A DNA stretch of 64,000 bases from Eledone cirrhosa (Eukaryota): NCBI GenBank assembly GCA_964016885.1, contig OZ024742.1, forward strand, positions 78,802,001-78,866,000. Reading direction: 5' to 3'. Below the pieces are notes generated by a model that saw nothing but the letters and a program-made list of their open reading frames with translations, made no database searches and was not told the origin of the DNA. Every line of letters starts with the position of its first letter. The stretch's first letter is position 1. This document shows, in pieces, positions 41,875 through 55,114 of the stretch. Both the position numbers and the translations under genes were made by a program.

Positions 41875-42707
41875 TTAAACTAATTATATTCACCTACAAA
41901 CCTTACCCCATAATTTGGTGCAAGAGCATATGTTAAATTATGTTACAAACACCAGTTTAATTGTCAGAAATTTAGTTGTTTTACTACGTCTCTCCAAATT
42001 CCTGATTATTTTCAAAATGATTTTAAAATTTTAGGCAGTGAATTTCATTACAAATATAGGGAACAAAAGTGTTAAACATGCTCAGTTTGGAAGAAACAAC
42101 ATCGATACTATTATAAAGACTACTATTATTTGACGTCAATTTGTTCTTAATGTTTAGTCAGGAGGGAAATGCAGTACCCATGACCCTTTAATTTCTTGCG
42201 GTCTCCATGACAAGTGGGAATAGGGGAGGTAGGATAATATCCTGAAACCAGGAATGTGGTCCAAACAGTGGATCACAGCTGAGGGGATTCTGTTAAAGGT
42301 ACCTAAGAGCTTAACTCAAATCTACCATCCCCCACAGGTAGCCACAGAATGATTTAAACTCAGAAAAAATATAATCAGCACTAAACACACACAGAGGAGA
42401 AATAGGTAGATTTGATACCATAATGAATATGAAAAGCTTCCTATATGCTGTGTGGCACAGTATGCACAGCAGGTGTTGTATTGCATTATTGGGCATAACA
42501 ATGTGCATCATTTCACCAAGTTTGGGGGAAAATGTAATGGTTAAATCATCTGGTCATACTGGCATCCTATCCCACAGTACAATTATTTCCTATTCACTTA
42601 ACACAACAGAAGTAGTGCTAAACAACTAATCTTTAAAATTGGTGCTACTGGAGGCTGTTTATTAATAATGATTTCTTGCGAAGACGAAAACAGCAGAGTT
42701 GGAGAAA

Positions 42708-43065
42708 ATGATGATGATCATGTGGATGATGATGATGATGATAGTGGTGGATGTGATGATGATGATGATGGTGCAGGGGTGGAGGTGGTGATGAGGATGA
42801 TGAAAGTGGTGGATGTGATGATGATGATGTGAATATGGTGGTGGTGGTGGTGGTGGTGGTGGATATGGTGATGATGTTGATGATGATGATGATGATGATG
42901 ATGATGTGGTGATGGAGGAGGAGGTGATGAGGATGATAATAGTGATGAAGATGATGGCAGATGTGACGACGATGATAATAGTGAAGATGATGATGATGGT
43001 GGTGGTGGTGGATATGGTGATAATGACGTTGATAGTCGATATGGTGGTAGCGATGATGATGATGC

Positions 43066-43097
<32 letters not shown>

Positions 43098-43125
43098 CTG
43101 ATGATGCTGATGATGAGGATGATAG
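42708..43125. repeat. Degenerate (GAT/GGT)n trinucleotide tract
   Basis: Imperfect GATGATGAT/GGTGGT runs. Confidence 0.9.
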
Positions 43126-44274
43126 GTAAGAAATTGCGAAGAAAGTATGGAATATTGCTTCTCCTTTATCCAGAAATCCTGGAGACACCAGGTTTCCAGT
43201 GAGCTAGATCAGCTTACTGATGTGTGAATGCATGCAGGCAGGTGTGATGATGGTAGCAGTGATAATGGTGGTGGTGCTGGGGGAAGAAGGAAGTAGTTGA
43301 GAAAAGAATTGCTGAAAAATCAATGGTCAACAAACCAGTACCAAGGCAAGGGAAAGCAATGGATGATTCTAAACCTGCTGAGTAATATATACACACGTAT
43401 ATATGTGTATATATATATATATATTGTATGTGTATATATGTATGTGTGTGTGAGTACGTGTGTGTGTATGTACGTGTGTGTGTATGTACGTGTGTGTGTA
43501 TGTATGCATATGTGTGTGTGTGTGTAAATAAACACAGATACACACACACAGATACACATACATATGTTACCTGGCACATGCAGTTTCTTTTCTCCTTTAA
43601 CTGCCTAATCGTGGGATTGAGCTAGACTGCACACCTGGTGCCAGGAACTGAACTTGTAAATGTAGTGTGATACAAACAATGATATTACTATTGGCTGACC
43701 AATTGGGAATCGATATACAGATATAAAATGGACACGGTGAGAGAGAGGATGATGGACATGCTGGATAAGAGAGAGGATGGTAGATATGGTAGGGAGTTGA
43801 GGCTGGGGGTAATATTGGAGAAGAAATGTGATGAAAAGTCAATAAATGAATAACAACAAATATTTCATTGCCACTGTACATTCATGTATTGTCAGCAACT
43901 AGTAACTACATCAAACATTATACTACTGTGAGTGTATGTGTGTATGTGTATGTTTTTAAGTAATGTGTGTGTGAGACGATGTATGTGTGTATGTATGTAT
44001 GTATATGTAAATGAGTACATGACTGCAAATACATTTTCTAATGTCACACAAAAGTGAACTGAAAGGAATAGATGAAAAATAGAAATAGAATGTGTATGTG
44101 TGTGTGTATAAATAAATATATATATATATATATATAGTAATAATAATAAATGTGAAGACTAAAATCCAAAGAGGGCTCGATAAGGTTAAATATATATCAA
44201 ATATATAAGAACCATAGAGCAAATATTTATATATAGAGAGAGAGAGATGTGTGTGTATATATATATATATAATA

Positions 44275-44370
44275 TGGAAGCAATTCCTAGAAACAAGGGG
44301 TTTTAAAGTCAACCTGACAAAGACTAAGGTCCTAGTAAGTAGATGAGAAAACAAAACCCTGATCCCTTGG
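44275..44370 (+). mobile_element. Short RTE-type LINE reverse-transcriptase fragment
   Basis: Translates WKQFLETRGFKVNLTKTKVLVSR*, matching the G.KVN..KTK motif that follows the YADD box in non-LTR RTs. Confidence 0.6.
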
Positions 44371-44481
44371 CATTATACAGTAATACAGAAGACCCGCCTT
44401 CCCACAGGCATTCTATCATTATTCTGAGTTTCTTGTTTCCATTTTGCAAACACATACATATATGTGTGTGAGTGAGTGACC

Positions 44482-44671
<190 letters not shown>

Positions 44672-44913
44672 ATATGCATGTGGGTAAGTAAGAATATGGT
44701 GTTGTCATATACTGGGGAGGCATGTTTCCTCATCATCATCTTTTACCTTCCAGTTTCATAGAATTAGACATACAAATAAGCACAAATCTATATTGAAAAA
44801 AGAAAATAAATGAAAAGGAAAAGTGGGAGAAAACACACACACACTCAATAACATACCAGAAACAAAGGGTGCTGGACTTCCGATCAACTTTTGAGGCAAG
44901 TCAACATACTCAC

Positions 44914-45065
44914 GGTATTGTCACAGGCCATAGCGAATCTAAGTTGCTGGAATAACTGAGCACCCTCACAGTTATGACATGATATGCTGGTAAAGTAATC
45001 TCAAACAATGATACAATCTTCATTATCAGTGACACAGATCCCCCAAGCATCTTGGACACCACAGG
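44914..45065 (-). other. Candidate 152-bp exon of an unknown transcript
   Basis: Minus strand CTACTTTTTTCAG|CCTGTG .. AATACC|GTGAGTATG: clean acceptor and donor around non-repetitive sequence; no protein family recognised. Confidence 0.3.
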
Positions 45066-45149
45066 CTGAAAAAAGTAGTTTACCAATAATTCCTTGGATT
45101 TGGGAATTTTATTCCATTTTGGCTATGCATACAGTGACTCATCCACAGC

Positions 45150-45660
45150 ATCCAGTATGTAAGAAAGAGCAAAAGAGGCACTAACTGTGACATCCCAAAT
45201 GAGACATCTACCTTTTACATAGTGAGGTACATTGGGCATAGATACATTGAAGCTCCGACATCTGGCAACTGACTTGGTAAACACCCACAAAATTATTAAC
45301 CATCTTGCCAACAAATACCCTGAGCACCTTTTTGGTTTCCATGTGTCTAACACAAGTGGGCATGCCTACAAAGTCAGAAAACAGCACAGTTCCCATGACT
45401 TTCGGAAATATTTTTTCATGCTCAGAGTTGCATGGAACAAACTACCTGCATCAGTTGTTAGCTATTGAGACACTGCATCCTTTAAAACCTCCATGCTTCC
45501 TGAGATTCACCAACACTGCACCCCCCCCCTCCATACACATGCACACATGTATTTCATGACTCATACACTGTTCATTTTCCTGACAGTTGAACATTATTCT
45601 ATGTACTATACATGCACCTTTGATGAGTTGTAGTGCACAATAATTTCATTATTTTTATTA
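45150..45660 (+). mobile_element. CR1/L2-group LINE 3' fragment (ORF2 C-terminus plus 3' UTR)
   Basis: LGIDTLKLRHLATDLVNTHKII..NTSGHAYKV..RKYFFMLRVAWNKLPASVV fits the L..RR...DL...YKI / TRGH..KL / FF..RV...WN.LP..VV C-terminal signature; ends in an (ATT)n-like tail. Confidence 0.85.
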
Positions 45661-46229
45661 TATAAAGGGTGAGACCATCTAACTTATTACCATCAACATT
45701 AACAGCTGAGGGATGAGCAGGATGAGCAATGTGACAATAATTAAATTCAAAAATGACAGTGAAGCGGAGGGACAGAAGTCAGGTTAATGCAAGTTAGCTA
45801 AGCTAGTATGTGAGGAAGGTGGTGAAAACAAGAAGACCCACATGTTGCGATAAAATCATCTGAATAGGCAGCTCTTCTGGTGACTATTGTCTAAAATAAT
45901 TTAAATGGCTGCATTTTTTATGAATGGCAACCAACAATATTTAATCCAACCAGGCCAGTATCTAGACAGGGGAGGTGGGTGTATGAGAAAAATAGTGCCC
46001 AATGTGAAAGTATAGTTGTGGTATATGATTACCTCTCTTTATGTTCTCCTTATGTCCTATAATGACTAGATTGGTTTTCCTCCTTCTGACATTGACAATA
46101 GACTAGCATACTTAAAGAGAGTCCTCATAGTGACTGCTGTATAATGATTTATTAACATATTAACACACACACACAGGGTTATGTAGTGTGCCCCAAAAGT
46201 TTGCTAACACTGGAATCCTGACTAGCTCT

Positions 46230-46277
<48 letters not shown>

Positions 46278-47089
46278 TGAGTGAAAGGGCATGCCAATAT
46301 AGTTATATGTTTGTTCAAGTCTAGTCTAGTCAAACATTTATGGGAACAACACATTTTGAATGATGTGTATTCATTTTGAATAGTGTCAGGCCAGTGAATT
46401 AGGTAGAGACAAGTACATCATTGTATTGGTCATATCATTAGTGTGTGTGTGTGTGTGTGTGTGTTGGTGGGTAAAGAAGACCATCACTGACGATTGGAGG
46501 GAATTGTGTTTTAGAAAGTGACTCTCTAAGCCAATCAGACTTCTATGTACTTTTAGCAGATCTTACAAACAAAGCTATGTATGTACACATCAATACACAG
46601 GAGTGTATTCTATTGTATAGTACTGTCTTTTTAATCCAACAGTAGATTTTAAGGTCTTACATAAAGCCCATGTTACACTATATATTGTCCTCAACATACT
46701 GTAGCTAACTTCTTTCACATTATGAATTCATTGGTGACTACTAAGGTCAGCTTTGGAAAGGAAAATACGTCCAAGAATACCACATACAAAGATTACCCCA
46801 GCCCTTTAAAAATTGTGTTTTCTTTTTGGTGAAACTGACTTAAATTCTGTGGAAAATGTGTACTTTTATAGATACAATATATATATAACTATAAAATGGT
46901 GATGATAATGATAACTACGTATTGGCTGGAACCCCATTAAGGACTGATAGGCAAGAGGTATAAGGGTAACATGTGGTGCAAGATATAGATTTATGAAAAA
47001 GCGAGATGTCTAAAGTCATTTAACTACCACTAACAGTTTTCCAATGAGGCTCAAAATCTGCAGGTCCTTTTGTATGGGTGTGAGAGCTG

Positions 47090-47400
47090 ACATGACACAA
47101 TATGCTGACAAAAAGGAACAACTCCTTGCAATGGTGAAAAGATGGAAACTTAGGTGGTGTGGTCAGGTGTCTTGTTACAGCTCCTTGACTAAAGCCATCT
47201 CAGGGCATAATCAACAGAGGGTGAAGGAGAGGCAAACAAAGAAAACCCTGGTCCAACCATATCAAAGACTGGACTGGTCACAACATCGAGACCCTTCTAT
47301 GCAAGATAGAGAATAGAGACCCGTGACAATGACTGACTGTGAAAGCATCTAGAGTGGCACCCCAACAACTGGCTGCACCAGTTGCAGGAACATGATGATG
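47090..47400 (+). mobile_element. RTE-clade LINE 3' fragment
   Basis: EQLLAMVKRWKLRWCGQVS..LTKAI resembles the KRRKLRWFGHV..AKTIL motif; frameshifted; ends in GATGATG. Confidence 0.7.
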
Positions 47401-47767
47401 AACAAGTTCTACGTAATGCTAATGGACCAGAAACTACCACAGATAAACTTTACCATAACAACAAAAGATATGAGTATGTGTATGTGTGCGTGTGTATGAG
47501 TGCAAATAAATAAATGAATAAATAAGTGAAAGGTAGATAGCTATGGAAAAGGCCGAGTTAATTATAATCAGATCAAGGAAGTATTATTAATCTGTGGAGA
47601 AGTGGAGAATGGTGAGTTGTGGCAGTATTTTAAAAGTTGCAAGAAGATTACAGGCTTAAGATAAAGAAAAGTTTTCAGCTGAAAGTTAATCTCGCCAAGC
47701 CCCAAGAGAATATTAAAGATATTCATAAAAAAAAGGATCAGTGCAATTAAGGGATACACAACAGAGA

Positions 47768-47814
<47 letters not shown>

Positions 47815-48203
47815 CACCCATGCAAGCATGGAAGATGGACGTTAAACGATGATGATGATGATGATATATATATATATGGCAGAGGAAAAGAATGTGGAAG
47901 CGACAATGATGATTATATATATACACACATACATAATATATAATAATATATACATACACCTGCAGATATGATATATAATGCATGTGTGAGGCTATCTGGT
48001 TTTTTCATGTATGTTAATGGATGATAAATTGAGAAAATTGCTGAGTTATAAGAAATAGATATAAGATAGCATCTAATTACTGGAGAATTTATGTTGCACC
48101 TTCATTAAGGTAAATAACCAAGGGTAACATGATATAAAGAAAAACGGGGAGGGGCAAAATTATGTTGATATACGATATACACACACACACATTCATATAC
48201 ACA

Positions 48204-48245
<42 letters not shown>

Positions 48246-48248
<3 letters not shown>

Positions 48249-49510
48249 GGTGTGGATGATATTTGTTCGCAATTTTCAACTGCTTATTTTATGCAAATTT
48301 TTTTTACTTCCGTTGTCACTCTTGTCTTCATAAAAACAGTGACTATATTTCCATTATTTATTTTCAGAATAATTGATTATGAATAATTTTGAACCTCCAA
48401 ATTTGTGGAAGAGACACAGAGTTCTTCTTGGAATCAGACTTTTTCAGCGTCAACAAGAGAATGGAAAGGAATTGGAAGACTCAGGATTTGACTACGAAGC
48501 AACATCAGAGAGGAAAACACATGATTGATGATCTGACGCCTTCAGAACGCCCGAGTTCGTCGCTGAAGTTCAGGATATCATCAACAATGAACCTAGCAAG
48601 TCGATGCGTGTCATTGCAAGGGAGAAAAGCGTGGATGAAAAGCTCATTAGGTTGGCGGTACATGAAGACATTCGCTATGTTTCATACAAGATGAGGAAAG
48701 AACAATTTCTGTCAAAGGTGATGCAAGAAAAGCGACTGAAGCACGCAAAGAAGCTGATCAACAAGTTGAAACACCCACTGGAGCCAGACATGCTGTGGTT
48801 TTTCTCCGACGAGAAAAACTTCTGCCAAGACCAGAAGTTCAACTCCCAGAACAACAGGTGGCTCGCTGTCTCATCCAGAGACGTTCCCAGAGTCATGCAG
48901 ACAAAGTTTCCAGCAACAACATTGGTCTTGGGTGTCGTCAACAGTCAAGGTGATGTCATGCCACATCACTTCTTCCCTGAGGGCCTCAAGCTGAACACCG
49001 ATGGCTACATCAGTGTTCTGAGCAAGGTAGTAAAGCCCTGGATTGACGAGATAGCTGCAGGTAGGCTGTATGTGTGGCAGCAAGACTCAGCACACTGCCA
49101 TACCAGCCGAAAGACCCAAGCCTGGCTGTAAGAGAACTTCGTTGACCACACTTCACCTGACATCTGGCCTCCCAGCTCGCCTGACTGCAACCCCCTCGAC
49201 TTCTTTGTGTGGGGCGTAGTGGAATGAGACACCAACAGATCTAGCTGCAATACGAAAGACAATCTGAAGGCCAGGATCACAAGTGCCTTTAGGGGCCTAA
49301 GTCGGGGTAAAGTGACGAAGGCCTGTAGCCAGTACCGAGGCCGCCTTGAAGCCGTCATCAAAGCCAATGGCGGGTTTATCGAGTGAGATCGAAAGAACAA
49401 GTCATGAAGACAAACTGACCCACGTTTGATAAATATATCTTAAAAAATAAAACTACTGCGTTATTTTTTCCTAGACAGTAATCTTGCGAACAAATATCGT
49501 CCGTACTCTG
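48246..49510 (+). mobile_element. Tc1/mariner DNA transposon, DD37D (maT/mori) family, 1265 bp, non-functional
   Basis: TIRs CAGGGTGTGGATGATATTTGTTCGCAA and (reverse complement) CAGAGTACGGACGATATTTGTTCGCAA, TA on both sides, inserted in a (TA)n tract; transposase frame inside. Confidence 0.95.
48379..49386 (+). pseudogene. DD37D transposase pseudogene
   Basis: One frame from ATG 48379 to TGA 49386 with FFSDEKNF, WQQDSAHCH and WPPSSPDCNPLDFFVWG motifs; 37 residues between the 2nd and 3rd Asp. In-frame stops at 48526-48531 (TGA TGA), 49129 (TAA) and 49225 (TGA). Confidence 0.93.
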
Positions 49511-49544
49511 TATATATAGTAATAATAATTACTTCTTCTCCCAC

Positions 49545-49875
49545 TTATTCCTGAGAGGATCAAGGGGTCAGAATCATCGAAAGACTCCTTCCAGCAGAAC
49601 TGATCCAGCTAGATCCCCAAGTGAGACCAGCCAAGCTCATGGATGTTATCCAACCATCTTGCTTGGAGTCTACTCCTGGGTTTCCTGCCAGTTGGTTTTG
49701 CCCATAAAATCTGCCCAGCGATTCTTTCCCAAGACATTCTAACTGCATGCCCATAGTATCGGAGCTGTGATCTCTCAACTTAGAGAAGTAGCAGCTCTAC
49801 CTGGAGTGATTCTCTGATCTCTAAACTACGCACTCTATCAAGTAACATTACTCCAAAGACCCTGTGGAGGAACCC
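49545..49875 (-). mobile_element. RTE-clade (Expander/Rex3-like) LINE 3' fragment
   Basis: Minus strand LLL*VERSQLRYYGHAVRMSWERIAGQILWAKPTGRKPRSRLQARWLDNIHELGWSHLGI*. Confidence 0.8.
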
Positions 49876-50249
49876 CATTAATACAAAGACTAAAATCCAG
49901 AAAGAACTCAATAAGAGTTGTATAGATATAAGTATATATATAAACCCGTAGAGCAAATATTTATTATTAGTACAATATATATATATATATATAAATATAT
50001 TATCTTCTCTTTTATTATTTTACTGGTTTCAATCATTAATGATTTATTAGACTGTGACTATGCTGGGGCACTACTCTGATTCAGTTGGTCATATCAGCCT
50101 TAGTAATTACATTTTTCAAGACTGGAACTTTGAATATTTCATTATGTATCTATTTTTGTCAAACTGCTGTGTTCTGGGAAAATAAACACTGACAAAGAAC
50201 AAATCTAAATATATATACATTCACACACACACACACTTACATGTATATA

Positions 50250-50500
50250 TCATCATCATCTTTGTTGCATGTGTTTTCATGCTTGTATGGGTTGGACGGG
50301 TCTTTCTCTGCAAAACATTTCTCCACTCACTGCATTCCTTCATCACCTCCACTGTGTGTCTCAGTGATTTGAGGTCAGCTCTTACCACCTCTGCCCAGGT
50401 CTTTCTTGGTCTACCTCAACTGCAGCTCCCTTCCACTGGGATTTCCTGTCACTTTTTCCCCCAGCAATCATCATTCATGTGCATCCCATGTCCATACCAA
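50250..50500 (-). mobile_element. RTE LINE 3' end with (GAT)n tail
   Basis: Minus strand WYGHGMHMNDDCWGKK*QEIPVEGSCS*GRPRKTWAEVVRADLKSL, followed by the CCAACCCATACAAGCATGAAAA..GATGATG tail. Confidence 0.8.
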
Positions 50501-50640
50501 CAGGCTTTTGCAGAATCTGTGTACCAAATTCTACCCACACAACATTGGTAAACCCAAGTCTATAGAAAAACCATAGGACTGAACCCAGAACTATATGGTT
50601 GGAAAGCAAACTCCTTAAACACACACCCATACCCAAACCT
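50500..50640 (-). mobile_element. tRNA-derived SINE head (family B)
   Basis: Reverse complement reads GGTATGGGTGTGTGTTTAAGGAGTTTGCTTTCCAACCATATAGTTCTGGGTTCAGTCC; related to 38470 and 50790-50910. Confidence 0.6.
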
Positions 50641-51676
50641 ACACATATATCATCATCTGTTTTACACCTATTTTTCCATGCTTGCATGGTTTAGTCCAGT
50701 CATTTTGCAACAGAATTCAATGACCAGATGTTCTTCCTCTTGCTAATCCTCTCAGCATTTTGTACAAACACATATGATAAAGTTCCGACTATAGTTTCCG
50801 ACTATCAAATTCACTAATAAGGCATTGGTCAGCTTAATGCTATAATAAAAGACACGCCCATGGTTAAAACCCAAGACCATATGATTGTGAAGCAAACTCC
50901 TGTGCCTATATATATATGCCAGTGTTTATATATATTTATAAAATTAAAATTATTCAAGTCAAGATACCAATATAAATAGAAAATTCAAATTTTACAGCTA
51001 CAAATTTTTTCATTGACGAAAAGGAAAAGGTGAGACCTTTCAAAAAGATAGATAGGGTGTTAAAGATAGAGGCATGTAGCGGCATAGAATATTTAGCACT
51101 GAGTGACATAGGTGCTAAGACTCTAGTAATTTATCAATCAAACTAACCACCAACAACACATTATATATGAAAATCAGTTTATCCAGCTAACTTAAGCACT
51201 AAGGAATAGTGGGTTTATAAGCAGTGACTCCATGAACAGTTAAAAAGGATACTTAATCCCCAGAAAATCCCTGAGCAAAAAATTGAAACTGGTCAGACCA
51301 ATTTCTCTATTTTTTACAAACATATTTCATATAAAGACAAGATTTATACATCTATGTACTATAAACATTACTGGCAGTAGTATAGTAGTATAGTATATCA
51401 CTATTAGTCAATAACTAATAGTATTTTATTTACTTGTTAGAGTGTAGGACAAAATGCTTTGTGGCTACACTATTACAGTAATTCAGGTTCTGGGGTCATA
51501 TTCTTTCATCCTTCCTAGATCAATAAAATAGTTAAGTACTAGCATCAGTTTAATTAATTATACTCTCCCTCAAAATGTGTAGCTTGGTGCCAATGAAAGA
51601 AATCAATATTATCTTAACAATTGTTCAACTACCTTATTACATCTTTATACACTCGGTCAGTTGAACTTGTCATCTA

Positions 51677-51897
51677 CTATATATAATCGAATATAAGCCA
51701 ATCGGAATATAAGTCAACCCCCCCCCCTCCACATTTCCTATTTCGTGCCTGAGAAATGGGTAAAAATCCAAACCCCATTCATAAGCCAAGGCAGCTAATG
51801 AACACATTGTTTAGATGGTGTATATAAGCTGAGCCCACCATTTTACCATCAATTTTTTTGGTCACATATTCCTTTGTTTAAATTGAAGTATATACAG
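51677..51897. mobile_element. pogo/Tigger-like MITE, degenerate
   Basis: TA|CTATATATAATCGAATATAAG versus the right end reverse complement TA|CTGTATATACTTCAATTTAAAC; internal ATATAAGCC repeats. Confidence 0.5.
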
Positions 51898-52652
51898 TAA
51901 GTAATGGATCCCTACATTGGTTTCAATATTACGTAGACGACATTCATTGCATCAATTCAAGAGCCAAGTCTATAAATTAAGGTACACATGGCTGAGTATT
52001 CCACAGACACATGTATACATAACATAATCATCAAGCACAATCTGGATGATTCAATATGTATCAAGGCTGGTACTTCAGATTACAGATTGAGCTGAGGCTA
52101 TAGTAAAGGACACCTGCTAAAGACTCTAAGTTGTAGGATCAGGCCCAGGAACATACGATTGCAAAGCAAATTTAATAACAACTCTGCCATCTCTATGTTC
52201 CACTTCAGTTAAGTACAAACATCATGAATGTAATCTCATTATCTTAAGAATACTTTTGAACACTGCACCAAATGCACCTCAATACTTCTCCACTGTTGCT
52301 ACTGTATAGGTGACGATGGTGTTTATATCATATAATATAAAAATTGACTAACTGAATAAATGAATGATTGAATAGTCATATTTATAAGACTACTACAAAT
52401 GCTTGAATTCATATAAAGAAATAAAAGACCGAATAGTAACAGTGTGGAGAAATACTGAGTTATGCTTCGATTGGTATTAAAAGAACAGTGACTGATGTGA
52501 TTGATTTTGGAGATCAGTGAGAGTAAATGTCAATGATTAGCAAAGTGTTTGGTGACATGTTTCAATACATCAGTGGGGCTAGAAGCAAGTAGCAGTCAGA
52601 TCAAATCAACTGGAAGAACATTTGAACATTTTTAGTTACGTCTATGTCGATA

Positions 52653-52690
<38 letters not shown>

Positions 52691-52879
52691 TATTACATTT
52701 TTAGCTATAATATACTATTGTGACTGCTATTGTTGTTTAACCTCCTAGTCAACACTATTCAAGCAAATCTATGTTCAAAGGCTTTCCATCCATGACCAAC
52801 ATGTATTATTTTTAATGTCGACTGTATCTAATGTATAGTGTATTTAATGTTTCTGTCAGGAGTTGTGACATAAAGCATC

Positions 52880-53097
52880 AAGTCCACACAGTAAAGTGGT
52901 CATGATAAAAAGCACCCAGTCCACACTGTAAATGTGGTTGGCATTATGCGGCACATCCAGCTGCAGAAACCAAGTCAGAAAAGTTGTGTATGAGCAAGAC
53001 ACAGTCATATGATCTGACTTGTTTCACAATGAGACAACTCATCTAACCCATGCTAGCATAGAAAAATGGATGTTAGACAATGATAATGATGATGATG
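52880..53097 (+). mobile_element. SINE 3' half with RTE-like tail
   Basis: AAAAAGCACCCAGTCCACACTGTAAA..AACCCATGCTAGCATAGAAAAATGGATGTTA..GATGATG; sister copies at ~55790-55985 and ~61795-61990; tail-only pieces at ~47816, ~58280 (-) and ~61150. Confidence 0.75.
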
Positions 53098-54819
53098 TAT
53101 AAAGACATACTCAGATGTCAGAATTTCAATTGAGTAGAAACATGTCATTTGAGGTATATTTAACCAATTTAATTTAAAACAGCATGAGACTGATGATTAA
53201 TCTACAATACAAGATTGTTTGTTTGTTTTAAAGAGTTTCTATGAAAGTGTTTCTTTTAAGATTCCATTAAAAGTTATTGTAAGATCTTTTGTTAAGTTAT
53301 TTTCCAATCACTAGCTTGATAATGAGAAAGTTAGTTATATTTCTAAATCTTTCCAAATTCTTATTTTCAATATTATTTGAAAATCATAGGTAATATCTTT
53401 CATTAGAAATATGGTAACAAAAGAGTTAAATATATTACAGTATATTTTGTTTTCTAAACAATGTAGAAAATTGGAAGCAAGCAAAAGTTTTATGAAGTAA
53501 AAACTCTATGGTACATCACCCCAACCCTTGAATATAAAGGTAAGTTGATGCCTACTGGATTTGAACTCACAATGCCATCGCTCTAAAGGTTAACCTATCT
53601 TCAATATATATTTCTTACATGATTTCTATTATTATCAGTCATAATCCATACTTTAATCATTTTAATCTGAATCACTGTCATGCTAGATACCTTTATCTTT
53701 AACTATCTATCACATCTCAATCTCATCTCAACTCTTCGCTATCAGATGAATTATATCTACAGTAGTAATTTCAGTGATGGAAAGAAACAAAAGGAAAAGG
53801 TAGAGAAAAGAAGAGAACATATATATATATATACAGAGAGAGAGAGAGAGAAGGAAAGAAAGTGCGAAAGAGGAAATATATTCAAACTATAGCTAGGAAA
53901 TTTCTTCCCTGTATAGCAGAGTAAAAGATGACAGTAGACAGCCCATTACAAAAGATCGCAGAGAATTGCATAGTATCACAGACCATGAATGTTAGTGAGC
54001 ATAGCCTGATGTATCTCTCTCCCCCTCTCTTTATATATATATATATCTCCCTTTCTCTCTCTCTAAGAAAGAATCTAATATAAGGTGAGGGAATGCACAA
54101 AGGAGTAGAGGGTTGGAGTCTGCGATATCGATTCCAGTTTTTGATAGCAGCTGTCGGTAAATTATATTGAAGGAACTAATTAGTGATACAATGAACCGAT
54201 CGGAATCAATTTGTCCATTCAGTCGTCTACACTACCAAAAATAATAAAAAAAAGAAGAATATAAAAAATGGTTCCCTATAAATAGATGTAGAGATCTATG
54301 GTTGTTCACAAGTAGTTTGGCTATCGAAGGACAATGCTTTGATGAGATATATATGTATATATGTGTGTGTGTGAGCATATCTATGTGGTATTATGCATGC
54401 TTATGCACATAAGCATGCATACATATATGTATACACATTCATGCAACTGTGTTTGAATTTCTCTCTGTGTGTGCATCTGAGTACATTTTTAATTGTACAC
54501 ACACACACACATCTCTGTGTCAGTATGATATATATATATATATACACACAAAATATATATTTATAGATGTCTTTACTCATATATAAGAATTTTCTCTGTA
54601 AAATGCATGATATGTATGTATGCATGTATGTATCTATATATGTATGTATGTGATATCACATGTACATGGGTGTGTGCGTGTATCTCCATATGGAGAGGTA
54701 CATCTATAAAGCAGGAGAAACGATTTACCTTTCTGTTTTCTCCTAAAAATTCAAAGAATCTTAAAGTTGTGTTCCAATCACAAGTTTAGTTATTTTACTC
54801 ATCATTGTTTTCAAAATTT

Positions 54820-55005
54820 GGATTGGCAGTATCGGTAGAGAGTCGGACGCCATGCTTTCCAGCATAGTTACATCCCTTTATGGTCTGAGTTCAAATCCCG
54901 CTGAGGTTCACTTTGCCTTTCATCCTTACGGGGTCGATAAAATAAAGTACCAGTAATGTACTGGGTAATTGCTGGCCTTGTGCCAAATGTAGAAACAATT
55001 ATTTT
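54820..55005 (+). mobile_element. SINE (family A), internally deleted
   Basis: CTGAGTTCAAATCCCGCTGAGGTTCACTTTGCCTTTCATCCTTACGGGGTCGATAAAATAAAGTACCAG. Confidence 0.85.
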
Positions 55006-55114
55006 CAAAATCCATTGACATACATAGCTAATGTATATCATTAGGAATGTACCTTTCACTGACTTTTTCTTCTTAAGAAATAAAACTCAAACGTTGCTAG
55101 TACTTAATTAGTGC

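Noticed and set aside
42718-43202. Ser/His- or Met/Asp-rich ORFs
   Set aside because: (GAT/GGT)n tract artefact
48604-49131. 175-aa ORF as a functional transposase
   Set aside because: Only the stretch between premature stops; lacks the third catalytic Asp and the N-terminus
53160-53430. piggyBac-like MITE (right end similar to 41980-42076)
   Set aside because: Only one degenerate end is recognisable; boundaries cannot be supported
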